Assembly (NCBI RefSeq): GCF_009834535.1
Contig: NC_045696.1
Span: 39,682,001 to 39,742,000 of the forward strand
Source: Camelus ferus
Taxonomy: Eukaryota
Direction: 5' to 3'
Length of the DNA stretch: 60,000 nucleotides
The notes under the pieces: generated by a model
Told to the model about the DNA's origin: nothing
Database searches by the model: none
The model's input: only the letters and a program-made list of their open reading frames with translations
Position numbers and translations under genes: made by a program
Shown: one piece after another, positions 50,991 through 60,000 of the stretch
Numbering within the stretch: position 1 is the first letter of the stretch
How the letters are laid out: every line of letters starts with the position of its first letter

Positions 50991-52699
50991 ATTTTCATTG
51001 GAACCTGCCTCTTTTCATAAGGGACACTGAGAAAAGATGACACAGGAAACAGGATTCTTTACCATCACTGAAATATTGATGCCCTCATGCATTTGTTTCC
51101 AGCCTGTAATTCTCAGCATATCTACCTTAACCAGAACATTAAACAACTACTCTGGAATGACCTTTATTTCTCTGCCACATCAGCAAAGTTACCTTTCTAC
51201 CGCTCACCACAGACTGCTCTCAAATGGAGGACCAGCCGTATGTGGTGTGTGCTGATGGGGGGCCGAAGTAAAACCCAACAGGAACCATCATCACTTAGTC
51301 CCCGTGACCTTTCCACAGCCTTGCGCTCACTTATATGAAGAGAGAGTCAAGGAAAACAGAAACAATGGAAATAAGGGAGGGCTGAGGAGTGCACACCTAC
51401 TACACTCCAAGCACTGGCAGGTATTTCATTTACTCTTCCTCCAGTGCAGGGGATGGGTCTAAAGTCTGGGCCAACCACCTGTAGAAAGACTCTCAGTAAA
51501 TCCTGGGGCTGCGGTGAGAACCCAGTGAATGATTTAAAGCCTGTGCTCAACATCTTTCCTGTGCCACTCTTCCTCTCCAGCAACAGTGACCCTACTTGTC
51601 CCGATATATAATACTCTTGTCTTCTATTAAAAAAAAAAAAAGGCACCTTTCATCATGGAAATTTTCCAAACTACATCAAATTAGAGAGAGGAGTATAATC
51701 ACCCTACATACCCACAGCTCAGCTTTTTCACCCGCCATTCTGCTTTCACCCAGCCCTCTTCCTTTTTTTCCCTCTGAAATATTTAAAAACAAATCCAAGA
51801 GATTTTGTTTGAACTTCAGAAAGTCTCTAATAAGCCAGATCTTAAATTTAAAAAAATAACATTATCGCATCAGAAGAACTATTCTTGATTGTCACTGAAT
51901 GCCCAAATCCTCTTAAAATTTCTCTGCTTATCTTAAAAATATCTTCCACTTAGTTTGACTCAAGATCCAAACAAGGTCCACACATTACTTTTGGAAGACA
52001 TAGCTCTTAGTGAATGACAGTTTCCTCGACCTCCTCCCTGTCCTTATTTTAAATGCCATTTTTATATAGCCTTTATTGCTGACAAATTGTGTTTCTCTAG
52101 CTCCTTCATTTCCTATAAACTGCTAAGGCTTTGGTCTGATTGTGGTTCACCTTTTTTCACTGTTGCTGCAAGACTGTTAGTCTTGTAGTACTGTTTACTC
52201 CCTACTGCATCACCTCAGGAGGCATTTAATACCCAGTTGTCTTCGGGTAGTGTTAGAATAGTGTTTTCTAGATCCTTAGGCAATGTGAGTTCCTAAAAGC
52301 TTTCCAAGACCATATATTCATGGCCATATGCACGTGGTGATCAAGGATCCAGGTCAATCAAGAGTTGACTGGGAGACAACAGATATCATCAATCAGTAGC
52401 CAGGCAAGCAGACCAGGAATCATTCCTCTCATAGATAAGAGGGCAGAAAGTGGAGAACAGATGAAGGATTTGACTAGAGAGGGAGAGAAGGCCAGAGCAC
52501 GAACATGATGCTTAAAGAAAAACATACTGGGTTCCAGATATAGCTCTAAAAGACATTTTACACATTTGTACCAATAAATCTTTCCAAATAAACTCACAGA
52601 AGATTTTACAGTTCTTTATTTTATGATGTTAGTTCACCAAGATAGCCTTATAAATTTTTCTACCTTTCTTGCTTAAGAGAAAAATGATAATCTCTAAGC

Positions 52700-52871
52700 C
52701 AAAGGTTCTCAACTTGACTACAAAGTAGATTCTCCTGGGAAGCCTTTAAAATACTGAGGTGTGGATCCCACTCAATCAATTCTGATTCAACTGCTCAAGG
52801 ATGACGACCACATATATATTTATAAGTCTTTCCAGGTGACTCTAATATGCAGCCATTATTGACAACCACTG
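52700..52871. mobile_element. MER5-family hAT-Charlie MITE
   Basis: caaaggttctcaac...ccaggtgactctaatatgcagcc...ttgacaaccactg; 8-bp TSD ctctaagc/ctctgagc. Confidence 0.88.
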
Positions 52872-52889
52872 CTCTGAGCTAAAAATAAA

Positions 52890-53090
52890 GGCAACAGCAG
52901 CTAATATTTACTAAGCATATATTATGTGCTAGGTACTATTCTAAGCACTTCACATGTACTAGTTCACTTTACAAGTGAGGAAACAGAGATCAGGTTAACT
53001 TGCCCAAGGTCACACAGCAAGCTAACAGCAGAGTTAATATTTAATATTAGGAAGTTTGGGTCCAAAAATCCATGCTCTTAATCATCATGA
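52890..53090 (-). mobile_element. MIR
   Basis: tattatgtgctaggtactattctaagcactt...gtgaggaaacagag...ttaacttgcccaaggtcacacagc. Confidence 0.85.
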
Positions 53091-53437
53091 AACACTGATT
53101 CCTGAGCATGCATTATACTTGTATTCTTTAACTGCAAATAAAGTGATCAAAGAAAAACAAAACAAACAAAGAGAGATAATTAACTTCCTTCTGCTTAGAA
53201 AAAGTACTGGCATATTGTTGCAAAGGTATCAACACAGGCTTACTAAAAAGTAAATAAACAGACAAGAATCTTCTCTTCCCAAAAGAAGATTCAAATTTGA
53301 GATTTCCACACCTTTTCAATAATTTCCCACATACCCTCTACAGCATAGTTATTCAATGTTAAGTATCAAACACTGCTTCAGTTTTAAAGCTTGGGGCAAT
53401 GATGTATTACGAGTATATATTCAAGAAAATCTCCTAC

Positions 53438-53665
53438 CTATTTCGGTTCTGCTAACTCCAATTCCGTTATAAATTCTCAAGTAATTAAAGTGACAAGAAT
53501 CTGAATCTTCAATGTCGAAGTCACCAAATTTGATGCGCACTCTCTCTCCCATCTTCACGCGGATCTCCCATTCGCAAACGGTGCTGTTAGGATAGGTCTG
53601 TGGGTAGTTTATGGACGTAAGGGTTCCACTCTCAGGGCCTAGTACAGTATGTCCACATCCATCAC
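53438..53665 (-). CDS. DCBLD2: DCBLD2 exon 2 (CUB domain N-half)
   Basis: (G)[75 protein letters not shown]; acceptor poly-T-aaag, donor G|gtagga; 228 nt, phase 1-1. Confidence 0.97.
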
Positions 53666-56659
53666 CTTTAAAAAAAAAAAAAAGATTGAAAGAATGAGCA
53701 ATTATTCTTTAAATCTTTAACTTAAATTATAAATAAGCAGGATTTTTTGTAAAGATTAAAAAATATGTAAGACGTCAGATATTTTGTACTACCAATTCCT
53801 TCCTCACACAAGATAAAATAGATGACATAGTTCTTAGTATATCTATCTACTCACAGGAACCAGGAAGCAAGGTTAGGTCAAAATAATAATTGCCTTAATA
53901 ATTTACGAGTTCAAAGAACTTTCCAATCTGAATAAACAGAAGTCAACATAACTTAGCAATAAATATACATATATGTCATAATAAATCTAACCTTTAAAAG
54001 AGTATCAATTGATAGTTAATTGTTCATAATAAATGTAAACCCTAAAAATAAATGTATACGTCAGCTTCATCTGTTTATTCACAAGTATCATAAACTCCTT
54101 CCAAAATCTGTAAGATGTTGAATGACTTCTAAAAACCCTTAACATAAAGATTATGCAGATTACTGACCACATTACACACTAAGGTATTCCTTCTTGAAGA
54201 AATTAAAGCAATATTTAATAAAGTTTAATTTTACATTCTACTGAAATTTAACTTTTTAGTAATCACTCTCCAAAAGCCTCATTTCTCCCTCTAGAACGAT
54301 GAGGAAAAAATAACAGTGTAATGGCTTATTAAAGATTAATAATAAAATGACCTTCCTATCTTGGTATTAGCATTATTTGCTACAGACATTTCTTCATCAA
54401 CTGAATATGGAAATTCAGGTAACTTAACATACTATTTGTAAAAATCAGAGATCTGCATTCTTCCCTTTATCATAAAATCTGATTCTGCTGAGCACCTAGG
54501 AGGAGGCATGTAATATTGATAAGAAGTTTCAGCTGCTGCTCCAATTGTACCATTTAGCATTCCTTAATGATGGGATTCAGATGAATACATCCTTTCACAA
54601 TGATAGTATTTTCTCCCTGAAAAGAGCTACTTATAATCATCTTTCGGAACAGTTCAGTACTTAAAACAACCAAAAAAACTGCATGAAAAGTGACACTGCT
54701 GAGTTTTAACCTCAGTATGGATACAGATGGCTATAACAGAATTTTCTATTATCTTGATTTATTATTTTTAAGCACAATGTAGTGGTGATACCATGGACTA
54801 GAACAGACGAAAGCTTTAAAAGCCTATGAGTAAGAACATAGTATCTATCAAGCAGCAGTTGCAAAATAAAGGTTTATTAATTGAATGAATAAAGAAACTG
54901 TAGATTAACCTATGAAAAAGTAATCTCAAACCAGACTCAAAACTCTGATGAAGGAACAACTCTGTACCTAGATTCTGGTAACAATACTTCATATTTTTTG
55001 CTGATAAAGAAATTTTATTCTCAAATCCATACTAGTATTGTTACTTGGTCTACTTTTAAAGGTCGATGCTAGCAATCTGGCTTCTTAAACAAAGATCTCT
55101 CATATACAGCTTAGCTTTTAACCAGCATTCAACTTTGGCTATTTTCTACACCTGCTTTCATTCCACACACAAGAACTAAGCATAGTGAGCAGTTCAATAA
55201 TATCATAACATATAAAGGCACCAATAAATAAACCGGTGCATTTTTGTATGATACATCACTGACCTTCTGCAAATATAAAACTTAAAATGTTATACAACTC
55301 AAGAGAAAAAAATAACTCCAAATTTCCCCCGAAACTACCAAGAAAATACTTTCAATATCTCCACTGGGTATTATCTAAGTTTAAAAACAGAGACATGAAA
55401 ATAAATGAATTGTAATATAAATAACTTTTGAACAATCATTAACATTTCCCTTAGAGAAAAAAAAAACCCACTATCCTAAGGCAGAGTTTTTAACATTATG
55501 AAATTAATTAGAAGTGTTCTCTTACTACTGAAAAGATGAAAAAGAGCTTCCTGGAAGTATTTCAATCTTTAAAAAGTAGCCACTGAATAAATTAAATAAC
55601 TCAAAATATAAATGTATTTGCTTTAGTGAATAGAAATGAAGCTGCTTTTAAGTGATGAGAAGTACTGCTGCATTTCAGAATGCCACGAATTTCCTACTAA
55701 CAGCTGATTAAAGGCAGATTGTTGTGTCTGATGTATGCCCCATTTGCTATTATTTAACTTAAGGTTAAAATGGATTTTACAAAAAGACTACAAGCAGAGT
55801 GTTTGGAGTAATTTTTAGGTATTTTTATGCTTCTATTTATGTTTGATTCTCAGTAAAACATACAAAAATTGTTTCTTGCCCTTTCCTTCATAAAGCATAA
55901 TTTCTACAAAAGTTAACAAAATAAATACTAACTGACGAAAAACAGGACTTTTGCATGCACGCTGACGAAGAAAACAATTAAAATGGAGCTGTCTTTTTTC
56001 AGTATCTTTGTAGGGGGAGGGCATCAACAGTCCACAAGTAACGTGCCAAGAATGTTCTAAAATATGTGATGGAGTTCAGAGCTTCCTCCTCTTGCAAGCA
56101 AGATGATACGCACCAGAAACTAAAGTTTAAAGAAACTCTCAAATCTACTGCAATGCACCAGTTTGAATGTTTCCTATTTTCAAGACTATCTGACAAGTTT
56201 AACCTGACTAGATTGGTTGCTTAGCTGGCTTGGCCAAATACCTACTGCTACGAAGTATATGTTTCGAATATCCCAGTTGGAAAAGGAAAGCAGGGCTTAT
56301 ACATATTCAGTAGGCCGGCAGGCTTCAAATGTTTTTCTCTGTGATTCCAAAGTAAGAAATCTATTTTACATTGTGATTCTACATACTCTTAAATATGTAC
56401 TCCTGACCCAGTAAGTGGTGCCACCTGCACAATGCAAAACATGGTACTAAGCATCCAAAGGTTATATAATGTTGAATTCTCAAATCTAAGACTTCGTCCG
56501 CACTTTTACCCCCAAATTAGAAAATGTGCTTCCAGCTTATTTTTACAGTTCTTAAAAGTGAAGTCTATTCTACACCAAAATACTTAAAATAAAACAAAAT
56601 ATTTAAAAGTAACACTGAAACCTGGAAAACATTATCAACAAATCACCTAATACACTGAG

Positions 56660-56880
56660 AGCGGAAGTTTCCAAATGGGGGTGGGGGACACTGGAGCAAT
56701 TCTACCTCCCATTTGGAATGCCAAGAGACATGTCACCACTGGAGGGGTGAGGTGCTACTGGCATCCAGTGGGAAGAGGCCAGGAATGCTGCTAAAATACC
56801 TTACAATTCACAGGGCAGCTCCTCAGAATAAAGAACAATGGGTCCTAAATGTCAAATAGTGTCAAGGTTGAGATGGGTTC
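56660..56880. mobile_element. MER20-like hAT-Charlie MITE
   Basis: ggtgctactggcatccagtgggaagaggccaggaatgctgctaaa...aatgtcaaatagtgtcaaggttgag. Confidence 0.85.
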
Positions 56881-58609
56881 ACTTAAAGCAAAGGCTAGGA
56901 CATCTCCAATAGAAGATCTGGGTTAGTTCTTGCTTGGGTTTCCTTCGGCCCAAAGGGTAATGCTACTCTATTCACTAAGGGTCCAACCTAGGGAACCTGT
57001 CTTCCCCCCAAGGTCAGCAGTTATACTAGAGTTTTATGTTTCCACTTCTTGGTTTTTAAAACAAGTAAATGGATGCTTTATTTTTCTTTAAGTTAAAGGG
57101 GGAATAAAAAGAGTCCTTCTCTTCGGTCTACAACCCTCGAATCTTTTCCTGGGTCAGGAGCCCTTACTTAATAAATTAGGGTGGAGGAAGAGTCTCCAGA
57201 TTTTCTGCTTAGCTTTGTAACTGGAAAGAACAGTAATCTGACCAAGTTACACCACCTACTATTACTCTTTTTTGCAAGGCAGAATTGACATTAACCACTA
57301 CTGGAAAAATAATTTCCAAAATGGGAATCATTGGACCAATCCATCCACTCTCACCAACAACTCCACATCACCAACTTTTTCTCCTCCAGTTCCATCATCA
57401 CCACCATCACTGTCAGCTTTGCCTTCTCCTCCTTCCCTAGATAGTCTCCACCAGACTCTAACTGACCATAAAGGGTAGAAACCTGTTTATGTAATTTTTG
57501 AATTTTAATTTTACTTCAGTGGAGGAAAAAACACTGGAATTTGATCTCATAGCTCCTTTGTTTGGCTATAGATTTATCTAGGGGATTACTCATAGAACAT
57601 GTGTTCACTTCCTCTGAAGAGCGTCAGGTCAGATGTGTTAAGCCAGATACACATTTTGATACTGTTCCAAGAAAATAGCTGAATAATTTTTACTATTTAT
57701 CCCTAGAGAAAACAGAAAGAACATGAAACATATTTAACAATGAATTAATGTAACAAAGGACACATGCTTATTTTAGGCTGCTTACTAAACTTCAAATCAA
57801 GTGTGGTTTTTTGGATAAATATGTGCCCATGATGCTGATTTTATGTGACCCTCCAGCTAACCCCATATTTTAGTCACATTGCTACTAATAAATAATATAA
57901 ATTACCTTAATTATTGAATTTAATTAAGATGAACACTGTATTACTCCTAAAAATACCTTCTTTAACAAGAACAAATAAAAATACAGGAAGCTTGCACAAA
58001 TATGCCCCAAAGTGTAGAGCAGTATAACTTTCATTACAATCATTATACACTAGGAAAGGTTTATGCTTTTCAGTGAGCTTTCAATCACAGTGATTTTTTT
58101 TGTCACTGTGAACAGATGAGTCTATACTTCATCTGAAGTGTCATTTCTGTCACATCTTGTAATACATCTGTGAGATCTTATAATAAACTGAAAAAAAGGC
58201 ATTTAGAGAGTAGAAAAGTGTTTGAAAGAATAACTTGCAAGTGTTAACCTATTTCATTTGACTAAAATGAAGATTTTTAATGTATTATTTAGCACTGTAA
58301 ATTTTTTAACTACAAGTACTAGTCCTATTACAGTCATCACTACAAATCTCAAAAAGATAATTAATTCAAGGTCCAACTTTAAGTTACTCATTTTTTTAAA
58401 TGCTGCATAAGATGGATATGCAGTGAGAGCCCAAAGAGGGTCACAGTAGCAATTTTAAGGAAAAGAAATAGCTCCCAGCTCAATCTTTTTTAAGCCCAAA
58501 CTCATCTCTGCATGTGTAATAATTTACAAAATTGAGTTACATGAAGGAATATGAGATGTACAAATCCTCCAACCCCCACCAAGCACACACTCTACTTAGA
58601 AAATAATGG

Positions 58610-58830
58610 GTAAGCAAATGGGCTCTGGCATCATAGAAATGCCCTATCTACCACTCACTGTGACCTTGGAAAGGTTGTTTATTGCTGCTAAAGCTCAGTT
58701 TTGTAAAATGGGGATACTAAAAACTCAAACCATGTAGGGTGAGAATTAAATGCGATATTGTATAAAAACATCTACTATTGAGGGCCTAAACCATAACAGT
58801 GTGCTTAATAAATGTCTGAGGGTATTACTA
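58610..58830 (+). mobile_element. MIR
   Basis: ctaccactcactgtgaccttggaaagg...ctcagttttgtaaaatgggat...gagaattaaatg...gtgcttaataaatgt. Confidence 0.75.
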
Positions 58831-60000
58831 TGGTCATAAAAAACCAGAAAGGCTTTTGCTCATCACATGTATATCGAGTGTATTTGGCCACAACCCAGCT
58901 AAAGCATCGGAACAACGGCTCATCTACACGGATTCACAGCAGCTTTAAGGCTTCTAGTGCCTTGTGAAAAGTACAAATCCATAAGAAAGTAATTCTCACT
59001 CTTGTTCTCCCCGATGACCTCTACTTCACTTCAGTAACTCAAGAAACCACAACCTGGACTTTGTTTTTGCCATTAGAGGATATTACACCCACCTGTGAAA
59101 TCTCCAACTTTACTGTCTCACTATTCTGGTCTCTGGACCCTTTAGCCCTCTCACACCCATGGCATAACTTTCTGTGAACCTCTTCTCTCCCCATGTATTA
59201 TCCTGCCTGCCCTAGCCTCATTTCTTTCCTTACCCAACCTGGGCCTCATGTCCAGGGCTCTTCCTGGTACCTTTACCTCCTGGCCACTATGTCCTTCTTG
59301 AGGATCTGTCTGGCAAGCCCTCCATCCCAGATCAAATGATCTTTATTCTCCCAAGAGCTGAGCACTACTGGAAATTTAAAAAATCACAAAATCCAGGGGA
59401 GAGCTGTCATTATCATAATGGGCTCCAATCTCAGATGGGCTCTCAAAGCCACTCAGTATTCTCTCATTCAGTGCTTCTCAAAATTTAGTCAACATCAGAA
59501 TCACCTAAGTGCTAATTAACTTAAACGTTCTCAGGTCCCATTCTCTACCTCCACAGACTCTAATAAATGTTAGAAAAATTATCTGAAACTTGGAAATAGG
59601 TTTAAATTTTTAAAAAAGCAGCACATCCCTTAAGTGTCAGAGGTCAAAAGCTGCCGAAGGATTATAGGACTGGACTTGCTATTTATCATCAATTAAAAGT
59701 CCCACTATGGCTACACGTTAACTTGTAGATTGTTGTTTTGTAGAGATGCGTATTTATTTCTGTGGAGGTGAGACAATAATCCCAAAGGTTACGGTTTATG
59801 GCCCTTAACCAGTTTTAGCCATCTAATTGAGCAATCATAGCCTAAGACTGCCTATAAACACCTAGCTTCTCAAATACTCTTCAAAAAGGTTTTAAGATCT
59901 TACTGGTTCATTAATGAATGAGTTGAACAAAATCTTTGACATGTGTTCATTTTATACTTGCATGACAGGTATGATTTTCCCTTTTTTGAACATTATATCC

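Larger units (their letters stand above)
1459..53665 (-). other. DCBLD2: DCBLD2 gene span, internal coding exons 2-13 (partial gene; both ends outside the window)
   Basis: 12 minus-strand exons (228,138,52,73,134,41,216,125,151,87,126,94 nt) have compatible phases and GT-AG boundaries. They translate to CUB, LCCL, F5/8 type C, a Pro/Thr-rich stalk and a TM segment, matching DCBLD2 as recalled. Confidence 0.98.

Noticed and set aside
1..60000. The many 60-126 aa ORFs in the ORF track as independent genes
   Set aside because: Apart from those overlapping DCBLD2 exons in frame (1425, 4809, 10385, 27808) or degenerate L1 ORF2, they have no recognisable domains and often lie in repeats. Such ORFs are expected by chance in six frames of intronic DNA.
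1..60000. CRISPR array, operon or other prokaryote-type novel system
   Set aside because: This is mammalian intron/exon DNA. No regularly spaced repeat-spacer array or long uninterrupted ORF is present.

Overview
Mammalian genomic DNA, AT-rich, probably cetartiodactyl and most likely camelid: the young L1 3' tails look camelid-like, and I saw no Alu, B1, Bov-tA or PRE-1 SINEs. The whole window lies inside one minus-strand gene, DCBLD2 (ESDN/CLCP1; a neuropilin-like CUB-LCCL-F5/8C-transmembrane receptor). Twelve internal coding exons (2-13 by human numbering, 1465 nt) splice into one open frame with GT-AG junctions. Exon 1 lies beyond the right edge and exons 14-16 beyond the left edge. The introns are mostly old repeats: L1 (including a ~8.5 kb degenerate near-full-length copy), L2, MIR, MER5/MER20/MER58/MER102, MLT1 and an ERV solo LTR. 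I found no convincing new biological system. The best second-look items are: a tandem duplication that produced exons 11 and 12 with their intronic flanks; a ~720 bp polyadenylated non-L1 insert with target-site duplication inside an L1; a ~1.1 kb fossil hAT/Charlie (Buster-like) transposase; a tailless U6 retrocopy; and an unusually high share of AAG splice acceptors. Repeat family names and boundaries come from recall of consensus sequences and are approximate.
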